Shown here in pieces: positions 55,484-64,000 of a DNA stretch of 64,000 bases (position 1 is its first letter; the number at the start of each line of letters is the position of its first letter). The notes beneath the pieces are model-generated. The model worked only from the letters and a program-made list of their open reading frames with translations, was not told the origin of the DNA and made no database searches. The position numbers and the translations under genes are program-made. Location of the stretch: NCBI GenBank assembly GCA_963678445.1, contig OY782877.1:566528-630527 (forward strand), read 5' to 3'. Source of the DNA: Candidatus Hydrogenedentota bacterium. Its GTDB lineage: Bacteria; Hydrogenedentota; Hydrogenedentia; Hydrogenedentales; G963678445.

Positions 55484-56707
55484 ATGAAAACAAAAAGCGG
55501 AATCATAACAGCGGTTGCCGTAACCATGGCATTACTTTGTAGTGGAATGGCCTACGCATACGATCCAGTTGCTAGCCAAGAAGCCTGTCCTGATGCTGCT
55601 CTTACAAATCCGACCTCTATCATCAACCCGTACCCAGAAGTAGGTTCGGTAAACTTTTGTGGTGCATTGGATTTGGTCTACTGCTCTGTCGCCCCTATTA
55701 TGAACCTTCTGAAAAAGAAAGGGGAAAAAGCGGATGAAGAGCCAAGCGAAATTCAACAGTTTGTAGAATTGGTGCGTTGCGAAACCGTTGATATCAATGG
55801 TCCGGTGGATGTCGATGCAGAAATTCCCGTCAGCCCTAACGGCATCCTGGATGGCCAATTCGAATTGGCACTGTTGGCAATGGTATTGAATGACACAACG
55901 TTCAGTCTCAATGGACTTACCCATGATGCTGCATGGACTGCTTTTGATACAACGCATGGCAACCTTGAAGATTTAGTGTGGGACATTTTAGGAGCTATTG
56001 AAGGTGGACAATACGTAGAAGCCGTCCGAGCCTTGGCCCCCCATCTTCCTTCGCTGATTTCTTACATGCTTTCTGGATATGTCTGCTTAGGCGACCCCGC
56101 CTTCTTTGAAACTATTGAAGAACTGCTTGAATTGATCGATCCCGAGGATTTGGAAGACTTCACGATTCCGGATCTGGACGATATCTTTTCGTATGTTCCT
56201 GGCTATTTTGCGGCCAACGATGACATGGATGGTGACGGTGCTACTAATATGCAGGAATACTTGGCTTTCTCCAATGGAGGAACAAATCCTGATGCCTATC
56301 TCGCGGCCGTTATCAATCCAGAGGTTTATCCCGAGACGACTGTAGTCGAGAACGGTTTCAAACTGACAGCCCCCTACTGGGTAGAAGAAGGCGGTCGCGC
56401 CACACTCAGTTTCCCGGCAGGATTAAGTTACACGGGTTCCCTGAGCCAGGCGCAGTGGTCTAAAGACGGCGCCGAACTCCCTGGTGAAACCGCCCTGACC
56501 CTGACGCTCTCGGCTGTCACCTTGGAAGATGCCGGAAGCTATCAGCTCACCATCACGGATGAGTCCAAAGGCATCTTCACCTCTGCCCCCTTCGTCCTTG
56601 ACGTAATTCCGGAAGGTGGCGTTCCTGTCGCCGGCGGTTTGGGACTGGGTATCCTGGCCAGCATCTGCGCGCTGGGCGGTGCAACCGTTATCCGACGCAA
56701 AAAATAG
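55484..56707 (+). CDS. secreted protein with an Ig-like domain and a PEP-CTERM-like C-terminal sorting tail
   Basis: Signal peptide (..ALLCSGMAYA/YD), ..DDMDGDGATNMQEYLAF.. Ca-binding-type motif, ..LEDAGSYQLTITD.. (Ig I-set-like), and C-terminal ..IPEGGVPVAGGLGLGILASICALGGATVIRRKK. Confidence 0.6.
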   Translation: MKTKSGIITAVAVTMALLCSGMAYAYDPVASQEACPDAALTNPTSIINPYPEVGSVNFCGALDLVYCSVAPIMNLLKKKGEKADEEPSEIQQFVELVRCETVDINGPVDVDAEIPVSPNGILDGQFELALLAMVLNDTTFSLNGLTHDAAWTAFDTTHGNLEDLVWDILGAIEGGQYVEAVRALAPHLPSLISYMLSGYVCLGDPAFFETIEELLELIDPEDLEDFTIPDLDDIFSYVPGYFAANDDMDGDGATNMQEYLAFSNGGTNPDAYLAAVINPEVYPETTVVENGFKLTAPYWVEEGGRATLSFPAGLSYTGSLSQAQWSKDGAELPGETALTLTLSAVTLEDAGSYQLTITDESKGIFTSAPFVLDVIPEGGVPVAGGLGLGILASICALGGATVIRRKK

Positions 56708-56733
56708 TCCCTACACCCTATAAATTGCTTTTG

Positions 56734-56768
56734 ACAGGCTGTCGATACTAATCGACAGCCTGTTTTTA
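56734..56768 (+). terminator. rho-independent terminator
   Basis: Perfect 13-bp stem acaggctgtcgat / atcgacagcctgt with loop acta, followed by ttttt, 27 nt after the stop codon. Confidence 0.85.
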
Positions 56769-56842
56769 TATTAGCGACAAGCACACGAACACACTGCAAG
56801 AAGGAAAGATCTTTTCCAGGGAGCAGCGCCTTAATAAACAAA

Positions 56843-56962
56843 AGCGCTCCAGCGACAGCAAAATGCAGGACCGCACACAAAAGACATGGCCCCTGCCGCT
56901 CCCAGACCGCAGCAAAGCTTTGGCTCGTTTGTTCGCCCCCACTGGAGGACCGTGGGAACAAG
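56843..56962. repeat. degenerate fragments of the Family-A (56843-56880) and Family-B (56944-56962) repeats
   Basis: agcgctccagcgacagc resembles hairpin 1 of family A. ggaggaccgtgggaacaag matches the second hairpin half of family B. Confidence 0.4.
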
Positions 56963-57169
56963 CGTAAAGACAGACACCGCGTGTGCGCCTTGGCGCTCAT
57001 CTGAAAAAAGAGTCCGCTGCTTCAGTTCCACAGCGCCCCGGCCTCTTGCATTTCCAGCATCACCAACAAAGCACTTCGCGCTCAACTCAAGGAACAGCCA
57101 CCTACGCAGGCCGCTTTTCAGTTTTATAATAAATTCTGAAATGCCGTCGCCACTTGAGAAGCGGCCAAA

Positions 57170-58564
57170 TTATTTTCCCTGAAGCCTGATGCGCAGTCTA
57201 TTTTCACCGGCTTGCAAATCGTAACGCAGGTAAAGCAACTCACGGGGTAAAATCTTGCCTTCCAGAAGCCCAGGAGCCTCGGCAATTTGATAGAGCGAAT
57301 AGTCTCCCCACAGGGTAAGGCCATAGGGCATAGCCTTGGGAGCATCCACCAGAATCTCTATTTCGCGCGCCCAATGGTACCGGGTATTGTGTAGCAACTT
57401 GGGGACAGGAATACACGCTTCGGCATAATAATCCTTCGCATCCCACGTTCGCGCATAGTTACGAATACATTTCGGCTGCACCTGCCCCTCAACAAAAACC
57501 ATCTGAGCACCGCAATCGTAGTGCAGAAAGGTTTTGGGCCAGGGACCAATGCACGTATTCCAACTATAGTCAGGATTGAGGGGCCGCGTTTCTGTGTCTT
57601 CCCAAAGCATATAGGAAGACGCCGTTTGTTCATTGTGTTCACGGTAGGCACGGATGGCTTCAGACAACGACATAAACGTGGCCTTGGGCTGGATGTATTC
57701 CGTGTATTTTTCCAGCATAATCATCGATTCAGCAATGTCTTCCGGCGTATAGCAGTGGTTCCGTTCGTTACATTCCATTTCATGGGCTTCCTGGTGCTGC
57801 AACAGAAACACTTGGTCATTGTAACGCGTATTGCGGTGGTAATTATCAATGAAAGCCTTCCAGTACGTTATATCTTCCCAGGAACAGATACTGGCGCGCG
57901 CCACATCATTCGGATCATTGGTAAAAATCGGGGCATTGCCGCAGTGGTGCGTTTTCAAAAGATCATGGGATAGCCAGGGCATCGATACCACCCCCCGCTT
58001 GCGTCCCGGTTTAAGGCGATCCGCTGAATCCATATAGTAAAATCCCCAGGGACAGCCCCGGTCCGTAATCTCGTCGACCACGATCTGCTCCCAGCAGAAG
58101 CCCCAAAGCCCCTCAAAGCCGAGCGTCTCACAAAGACGGACAATATCCACATCCTTGTGATTCATTCCACCCAGCACAGCAACCTTGGCCCACGGCAAGG
58201 TTGTCTCGATTTCTCCGCGCGCCCGTTCAAGCACAGCACGTTTTTCCTCAAACGTCCCCTCGATTTCAGGCGTAAACAACGCCACCTCATCCCCATCCTT
58301 TTCATGCCACGCCGTGAGTTCTTTTTGTGCAATCCTGGCCGATTCAGGACTGACCAACCAGGTAATCTTAACGCCATACGGATGCAAACGTTCCGCTAGA
58401 AGCCGCATACCATCCAGACAGGTTTTCCCATGCTGTACACGCTCCGCTGTCGCTACGAAGGTGTGGATAAGCTCACCCATATTTCTCTCCTCATTCACTA
58501 CACAAAACAGTCCGTTACAATACGGCAGTTCGAATAATCCTTCTATACTTTTTACAGGTTGCAA
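57170..58564 (-). CDS. hypothetical protein, 464 aa; possible carbohydrate-active enzyme, family not recognised
   Basis: Long intact ORF, W/H/C-rich, with no signal peptide visible. The start may be the internal MGELIHTF.. ATG. Confidence 0.45.
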   Translation of the reverse strand: MQPVKSIEGLFELPYCNGLFCVVNEERNMGELIHTFVATAERVQHGKTCLDGMRLLAERLHPYGVKITWLVSPESARIAQKELTAWHEKDGDEVALFTPEIEGTFEEKRAVLERARGEIETTLPWAKVAVLGGMNHKDVDIVRLCETLGFEGLWGFCWEQIVVDEITDRGCPWGFYYMDSADRLKPGRKRGVVSMPWLSHDLLKTHHCGNAPIFTNDPNDVARASICSWEDITYWKAFIDNYHRNTRYNDQVFLLQHQEAHEMECNERNHCYTPEDIAESMIMLEKYTEYIQPKATFMSLSEAIRAYREHNEQTASSYMLWEDTETRPLNPDYSWNTCIGPWPKTFLHYDCGAQMVFVEGQVQPKCIRNYARTWDAKDYYAEACIPVPKLLHNTRYHWAREIEILVDAPKAMPYGLTLWGDYSLYQIAEAPGLLEGKILPRELLYLRYDLQAGENRLRIRLQGK

Positions 58565-58671
58565 GCACTGAAAAACGTCTCCTTGATATCAGGCATTCCT
58601 GAACTGGCCGAACTGAATAGGAGTCGCTAATAATTTGTGCTTTCTATTCACGTTAACATACAATTTACAGC

Positions 58672-60987
58672 ATGAATAATAAACCTTTTCTAATATTGCT
58701 CATGCTGCTTCTGTGTTTTACGCTTTCCAATCTTTGGGCACAAAGCACCGCAAAAAGAAACTATCCGGCTCCGACGGTTGAAATCCATGCGGAACATCCT
58801 GCTTTTCTATTCACCGTGACGCAACAACCTTCTGAGGCGTCTGAAGTATATCTGCAACGTGTAATGGAAGCATGGGCTTCCCTCCCCGAAGATTTACGTC
58901 CCTACAGCATGCTACGCCTGCTTAGTACAGGAACGACTCCGGAAGCCCGCCAGACTTTCTGCCACACCGTTGCTCCCGTCCTACAGGAAACCAACATTCC
59001 GACCGTCGTGCAGATTCAGGTCGGCAATGCACCCGCATTTTTTCCCACGGATAAACTACGAACCTTACTTGATACCTACACCATCATCAAAGGGGTTGAG
59101 GTAACGGGACTGCAATTTGATCGCTACCGCATCCGCGATGGGATTGACCCACTCGCCTCAACCGTTGAATGGCTGATGGAAACCCTCGAGGCTGCTGCGC
59201 AGTATGGCCGCTTCGTTCACCTCGCTCTGGATGGCTTACACTGGTCACGCCTTATGGCCAACGTCAGTTGCGCGCCCCTGCACACCAAAATGAGTCAATG
59301 CAGCGGCTACATCATTCCTTCTGTCGTAAGCCGGGGTGATCACTATCTAACCTCTCTCTCCTCCGTACTTGGTCTCTGGCTGGAAGGCGCTGCAACGCAG
59401 TGGGGCGTTACGGCGGACACCCGCTGGTACACGGACAACCACTACATGGCCCCCGACCAGTTCGGCGACGATACGATCCAGACCAGCATCCCCAGTAGTC
59501 TCTACCGCGCTTTGCTGCTCAACGGTGCTATGACAGGCGCAGCCGTATACACCTTTCCAGCATCCCAGGATCTTTGGTTCGGAAACGCGCGTCACCACTG
59601 GGATCAGACTATTCACCCCACGATAACCGAGTTACTTGCGAAGGGCCTCATCTCGCGGCGTGATTTCGTACATAAAAAGGCCCCCGTCGCCTACCAATTA
59701 ACGCCGTCGGTTAACCCATTGGACTTTCACCTGAACCTACGCGACATTGACGCTGTACTCGATGCGGGCTATCTCGTGCGGGGAGCCTATAACGTAACCC
59801 AACCTGGTCAAACCGCCGAACTCATTCCAAACAACGGCCAATACTTCTGGATCCCGCTACTTTCGGCATATGCACCGGCAACCACGCTGGAGACTTTTCA
59901 AAAAGTTGTACAACCCGGCGTCATGCTTTCTGCCCAGGAATGGACCGAACTACTTACACCGCTCCATCCCGCCTATGGTGCAGGCGACGCCTTCATTACT
60001 GCCGTGGGACGTGGCATCTTCATCATGAACAGCCATGAAAACAGGACTATCCCGCAACAATTCAGCATTCCCGACGCCCCCGCCCCGGTTCGCAGTGTGA
60101 CCGCGCAACGTACCGAGACCGAGGTTGTCCTGGAATGGCCCTTCCGTGAAGGCGATGTTTCGTATAGCGTTTACCGACGCATCCTTCCTGAACTCAATTT
60201 CACCTCCGTAATCACTGGACTGGAAGGACGGCGCTACGCGGACACTACCCTTCAGCCTGATCAAACCGTCGCCTATGCTGTGACCGCCCTGACCAATGAA
60301 AAGGAGCCTTATGAAGGCGTTGTGCAATACGGCCAATATCTGACATTGAGTGCTGTGGAAAGTCGCATTGCCGAAGAAGTTCTGCTTACCCCCATGCTGG
60401 CCCAGGCGGAAAGCACGCCCATTGCGCAGCAAACGGCGATGAATGCGCCCCTCTTCCCAAGCGCCTCCCTGACAATGCTTGAAGGGCTGGAAGGAGAGAA
60501 CCTTTCGATAGCCCGCACCCTGAGTGAACGTATAGAAGCCTGGCGCAACGCCATCGCCACGAAAGATTTGAATCTCTTACTCGATCTCTACGCTACCGAC
60601 TACGAAGATCCCCAAGGCTGGCGTTTCCAATACATGCGCCGCGCCTACCAATGGCTCTTCGAACGCTATCAAAGCCCCCACATGGCCTACCAGGTTCGAC
60701 GGTGGGACTTCAGCACATGGGCAAGCACGCAAACCGTAAACATGCTGCTCTATTGCCGTATTACTGCACACGCCACCACCGATGCATCAGGACACATCGC
60801 CGACCCATCCATCACCTTGCCCCGCACCCAAACCGCCGAAGTCTGGGTTACCTGGGCGCAACACGATGGACTATGGCGCATCACAAGCACCAATCCCGCC
60901 CTGCCCAATTTCCGCGACCTGCTCAGCTACCTCAGCGGTCCCTATGACACCCTCACGCCCGGTCCCGACATCTATCAGGCGCAATAA
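58672..60987 (+). CDS. secreted hypothetical protein, 771 aa, with an FN3-like module and a SnoaL/NTF2-like C-terminus
   Basis: Signal peptide (..LSNLWA/QS). ..PVRSVTAQRTETEVVLEWPFREGDVSYSVYRR.. is FN3-like. ..IEAWRNAIATKDLNLLLDLYATDYED.. is NTF2-like. Confidence 0.5.
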   Translation: MNNKPFLILLMLLLCFTLSNLWAQSTAKRNYPAPTVEIHAEHPAFLFTVTQQPSEASEVYLQRVMEAWASLPEDLRPYSMLRLLSTGTTPEARQTFCHTVAPVLQETNIPTVVQIQVGNAPAFFPTDKLRTLLDTYTIIKGVEVTGLQFDRYRIRDGIDPLASTVEWLMETLEAAAQYGRFVHLALDGLHWSRLMANVSCAPLHTKMSQCSGYIIPSVVSRGDHYLTSLSSVLGLWLEGAATQWGVTADTRWYTDNHYMAPDQFGDDTIQTSIPSSLYRALLLNGAMTGAAVYTFPASQDLWFGNARHHWDQTIHPTITELLAKGLISRRDFVHKKAPVAYQLTPSVNPLDFHLNLRDIDAVLDAGYLVRGAYNVTQPGQTAELIPNNGQYFWIPLLSAYAPATTLETFQKVVQPGVMLSAQEWTELLTPLHPAYGAGDAFITAVGRGIFIMNSHENRTIPQQFSIPDAPAPVRSVTAQRTETEVVLEWPFREGDVSYSVYRRILPELNFTSVITGLEGRRYADTTLQPDQTVAYAVTALTNEKEPYEGVVQYGQYLTLSAVESRIAEEVLLTPMLAQAESTPIAQQTAMNAPLFPSASLTMLEGLEGENLSIARTLSERIEAWRNAIATKDLNLLLDLYATDYEDPQGWRFQYMRRAYQWLFERYQSPHMAYQVRRWDFSTWASTQTVNMLLYCRITAHATTDASGHIADPSITLPRTQTAEVWVTWAQHDGLWRITSTNPALPNFRDLLSYLSGPYDTLTPGPDIYQAQ

Positions 60988-61047
60988 CGGACAAGCTCAC
61001 CAGCGGCATGGAGCACAGCGGAATTGCCGTCCAAGTGCAGCGCCTTG

Positions 61048-61611
61048 TTATAGGTAGTTGACTTCGTATTTAATTTGAATGAAGTCATTTGGATACGTTT
61101 CGGCCCGGGAGTTTTTTAGCTTAATGGAAAACTTAGTTTTACCAAACAAAGGAATGCCATCACCTAGTAGGACTGGTGCACGCGTGATTGTCATTTCATT
61201 AATTAGTTTTAGATTGAGGAAAGAAATAATTGTTTCGCCTCCATCAATATACGCATGCTGAAAACCTTCGCTTTTGAGTCGAGAGAGCAAAGCTGGAATA
61301 TCGCCAGAATAAATCTCAACCTTACCTTTCAGGTTTTCTGGAGCCTTTTTTACCGTATTGCTAAGGACAAAAATTTTCGTATTTCCGTAAGGCCATTGTT
61401 CCGGACTTAGATTAAAACTCGATATTTTCTCCATGCATTTTCGACCCATAATCATACAATCAATAGAAGCTATATAGTTCTTAAACCCCATATCCGATTG
61501 TTCCCCCATATCGGCATCAGGTTTCCCTGCTTTCTCAAGCCAATCAACGTCTCCATTTTTAGTTGCGATATAACCATCAACGCTTGTGGCAATGAATACT
61601 GAGCATTTCAT
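61048..61611 (-). CDS. dihydrofolate reductase-family protein (RibD C-terminal domain type)
   Basis: MKCSVFIATSVDGYIATKNGDVDWL.. and ..AYIDGGETIISFLNLKLINEMTITRAPVLLGDGIPLF.. are typical. Visibly AT-rich compared with neighbours. The ORF-track extension to 61842 is rejected. Confidence 0.75.
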   Translation of the reverse strand: MKCSVFIATSVDGYIATKNGDVDWLEKAGKPDADMGEQSDMGFKNYIASIDCMIMGRKCMEKISSFNLSPEQWPYGNTKIFVLSNTVKKAPENLKGKVEIYSGDIPALLSRLKSEGFQHAYIDGGETIISFLNLKLINEMTITRAPVLLGDGIPLFGKTKFSIKLKNSRAETYPNDFIQIKYEVNYL

Positions 61612-61676
61612 ATAGAACTCTTTTATTATGTATGCATTGGTTGTTTTCCTATCGCACTCGTCTTGCAAAACAGTTA

Positions 61677-62783
61677 TTATTGCGAATTGGCTTCCCCAAA
61701 AACTAAGGTCATTATCCCCTCTACTATCGTATCCGCCGCCTGGGGTTTCGCCAGAGACAAGGCCGCCGCACCCATCTCCTCCAGACGGCCCGGCTCGGAC
61801 AGCAGGGCGCGGATACGCCCGCCCAAGGTTTCTGGCGTGCATTCCCCATCCAGAAGCACCTCAGCAGCGCCAACCTGTTCAAACGCACGCGCATTCTGCT
61901 CCTGATGGTTATCCGTCGCATACGGGTAAGGCACCAGCAACGAGGGTTTTCCCAAAACCGCCAATTCCGCCGTCGTCGAAGCCCCCGAACGACTCACCAT
62001 CAAATCCGCAGCAGCACAGGCGGTCACCATATCTTCTATATAAGGAAAAACCTTCACCTTGGCTGTCGCAGAGGACGCCACCTGTCTCGCTGCATCTGCA
62101 CCGCTCTTACCGGTCATCCAGATAAACTGCGCCTCCTCCGTAGCAAAACCGGGTAATGCCCCTGCAATCGCTTCGTTAATCGAACGCGCCCCTTGACTGC
62201 CTCCACAAATAAGAACTACGGGAATATCCGGCTCCAGCCCCAAGGCTTCCCGTGCTACACGCTTTTCAGGGGGGGCTGCAAAGCCTGTACGCACCGGATT
62301 GCCCACTACGATGGCCTTATCACGCGGGTACGCACCCAAAGTGTCTTCATAACTCAGATACAAACGCGAAGCGCGAGGGGCCAAAATACGATTGGCCATA
62401 CCCAGCCGCTTGTTTTGCTCATGTAAAACCGTGTGTACTCCCATCCGCTGCGCCACCCAGGCCAGCGGCAACGAGACATATCCACCGACGCCCAAAACCA
62501 CCTGCGGACGAAAGCGATACAACCCTACCGAAGCACGAAAAATACTCCAGGCCAATTTCATCGCCACCCACGGACGCCGCCATTTAGCCGTCCGAGGCCA
62601 GCCCTCCACCGGCAGCGCACGAAAGGGCACGCCATACATCTGGCTTACCTGCTCCTCCATCCCCCCACGTCGACCGACCCACTGTACTACCAACTGCGGA
62701 TCACGTCGCCGCAATTCCTCCAACACCGCCACCGCTGGCGAAGTGTGCCCGCCTGTCCCCCCACCCGTAATCATCACCCGCAT
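61677..62783 (-). CDS. murG: UDP-N-acetylglucosamine--lipid I N-acetylglucosamine transferase MurG
   Basis: MRVMITGGGTGGHTSPAVAV.., ..GGSQGARSIN.. and ..VSRSGASTTAELA.. motifs. Directly downstream of ftsW. Confidence 0.92.
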   Translation of the reverse strand: MRVMITGGGTGGHTSPAVAVLEELRRRDPQLVVQWVGRRGGMEEQVSQMYGVPFRALPVEGWPRTAKWRRPWVAMKLAWSIFRASVGLYRFRPQVVLGVGGYVSLPLAWVAQRMGVHTVLHEQNKRLGMANRILAPRASRLYLSYEDTLGAYPRDKAIVVGNPVRTGFAAPPEKRVAREALGLEPDIPVVLICGGSQGARSINEAIAGALPGFATEEAQFIWMTGKSGADAARQVASSATAKVKVFPYIEDMVTACAAADLMVSRSGASTTAELAVLGKPSLLVPYPYATDNHQEQNARAFEQVGAAEVLLDGECTPETLGGRIRALLSEPGRLEEMGAAALSLAKPQAADTIVEGIMTLVFGEANSQ

Positions 62784-62804
62784 GTCATTTCCTTCCTTAT
62801 CCAA

Positions 62805-63005
62805 CAGCGGTCCAGCGACCGCAAGCAAGAAGTATGGTTCTTGCCGTGGGTAACCATAGCAAAGCTAACTTACATCCACGTTTTTCTTTGCTTCTTTTTT
62901 TTCCGGTGGTCCAGGGACCACACCCAGGAAATATGGTCCTTACCGTGGGGGACCAAAGCAAAGCTAACACATCTATTCGTTTTTCTTTGCTTCTTTCTTT
63001 TTCCG
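62805..63005 (+). repeat. two tandem Family-A-related repeats (variant 3' tail) in the ftsW-murG spacer, antisense to the operon
   Basis: gcggtccagcgaccgc..tatggttcttgccgtgggtaaccata.. and gtggtccagggaccac..tatggtccttaccgtgggggaccaaa... Both end in a ...cgtttttctttgcttcttt... tail. Confidence 0.75.
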
Positions 63006-63027
63006 TAAAAAGAAAGAAGTGTTGCCC

Positions 63028-64000
63028 TTAGGCGGCAGGCACAAACTTCCGTTTCGGTTTTGGTTCTACCGCCTGCACCCCCACATTAACCAAAATACCC
63101 GACAGCCCCAGCGTCACCATAAGCGCCGTGCCGCCATAGCTAATAAAAGGCAATGGAAGACCTTTAGTCGGCAACAACCCCGTCGTAACAGCCATAATAA
63201 ACACCGCTTGGCCCGCAATCAGCGCGGCAATTCCAGAGGCCAACAAAGCGCCAAAGAGGTCCTGCGCATGCATTGCAATCCGCATCGCCGCAAACAAAAA
63301 CAGCATAAAAACCGCTACAACCGCCAAAGTACCAAACAGGCCCAACTCTTCTCCAATTACCGCAAAAATGAAATCCGTCTGCGCAAACGGCAGATAACCC
63401 AGCTTCTGTTCACCCGCACCTGCGCCCCGTCCCCATATACCGCCTTGTGCAAAGGCCGAAAGCGATTGGATGAGCTGCCATCCCGCATCCTCGCGATACT
63501 CCCAGGGATTAATAAACGCGGTCAAACGCCGTATCCGGTGCGGCGCGTACAAGACCAACGCGAACACGGCTCCTCCGAGTGGAATAATACTCGCCAGCAG
63601 ATAGCGCCAGCGAACCCCTGCCACACACAGCATTACATACGTGGTCCCCATCATCATCACCGGGATACCCAAGTCACGTTCCAGCAACACCATTGCTGCA
63701 AACGAACCTGCCACCATCATTGCAGGCACATAGCCATGGAAGAACGTATGCACCTCATCACGGTTCGTCGTCAATTTCACTGCCAGCAGCAATACCAAGG
63801 CAAACTTGGCGAACTCGGAGGGCTGAAACTGAAAGCCGCCCAAGCGTATCCAGCGTTGTGCGCCATAGATCTCACGCCCCACGCCAGGGATGAGCACCGC
63901 GATAAGCAGTGCAAACGCCCCCAACACAATGGGACGGTACAGAATCGGTTCCATAAAACGGTGGTAGTCAAAACGCGAGGCAACAAGCATGGCCACCAGT
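63028..64000 (-). CDS. ftsW: SEDS-family cell-division protein FtsW (partial, N-terminus beyond the window)
   Basis: ..RWIRLGGFQFQPSEFAKFALVLLLA.., ..FAQTDFIFAVIGEELG.. and ..TGLLPTKGLPLPFISYGGTA.. motifs. ftsW-murG synteny. The ORF runs to the window end. Confidence 0.88.
   Translation of the reverse strand, partial: LVAMLVASRFDYHRFMEPILYRPIVLGAFALLIAVLIPGVGREIYGAQRWIRLGGFQFQPSEFAKFALVLLLAVKLTTNRDEVHTFFHGYVPAMMVAGSFAAMVLLERDLGIPVMMMGTTYVMLCVAGVRWRYLLASIIPLGGAVFALVLYAPHRIRRLTAFINPWEYREDAGWQLIQSLSAFAQGGIWGRGAGAGEQKLGYLPFAQTDFIFAVIGEELGLFGTLAVVAVFMLFLFAAMRIAMHAQDLFGALLASGIAALIAGQAVFIMAVTTGLLPTKGLPLPFISYGGTALMVTLGLSGILVNVGVQAVEPKPKRKFVPAA

Noticed and set aside
61612-61842. N-terminal 77-aa extension of the DHFR-family ORF.
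   Set aside because: The extension overlaps the murG 3' end and is GC-rich and Gly/Arg-rich. The family's typical start, MKCSVFIATSVDGYIA, is at 61611.

Overview
This is a 64-kb chromosomal window from a Gram-negative, probably uncultivated bacterium. A DUF1559 prepilin-type protein, dockerin and thrombospondin-type-3 (TSP3) secreted giants and a PEP-CTERM-like tail suggest a PVC-superphylum or Hydrogenedentes-like lineage; this is inference only.

Layout, left to right:
(1) The minus-strand operon ffh-rpsP-KH-rimM-trmD-rplS. Upstream of it lies a flagellar block: fliM, fliN/Y, fliA, two unknown ORFs, a FliK-like gene and an FlhB-C-terminal-only gene.
(2) A 1832-aa secreted multidomain protein.
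(3) A DUF1559 pseudopilin-like gene followed by a CobN/HmuS-like chelatase, an ExbB-like channel and a DUF2149-like gene.
(4) A rearrangement hot spot. It holds an hsdS remnant, a 334-aa orphan ORF, an IS1182-like element inserted into a palindromic repeat, and copies or fragments of a small membrane-protein gene.
(5) An EndoQ-like PHP nuclease fused to a UvrD helicase, then tRNA-Pro, an SGNH hydrolase, a MATE pump, argS, a parvulin and a T2SS-F protein.
(6) A 13.2-kb integrated filamentous (inovirus-like) prophage. It is bounded by 48-bp direct repeats derived from tRNA-Val, its gene order is collinear with Ff phages, and it also carries an integrase, an excisionase-like HTH protein, a 10-repeat TPR cargo protein and a zinc-ribbon protein.
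(7) rfbA, several secreted proteins, an AT-rich DHFR-family gene, murG and a partial ftsW.

Two unrelated families of structured intergenic repeats are scattered through the window. One of them forms a 4 x 99 bp tandem array.

The strongest candidates for something new are the inovirus-like prophage with its cargo, the double-hairpin repeat family that shows compensatory substitutions, and the secreted CobN-like/ExbB/DUF2149 module.

All calls come from reading the translations and the DNA by eye. No database search was run.
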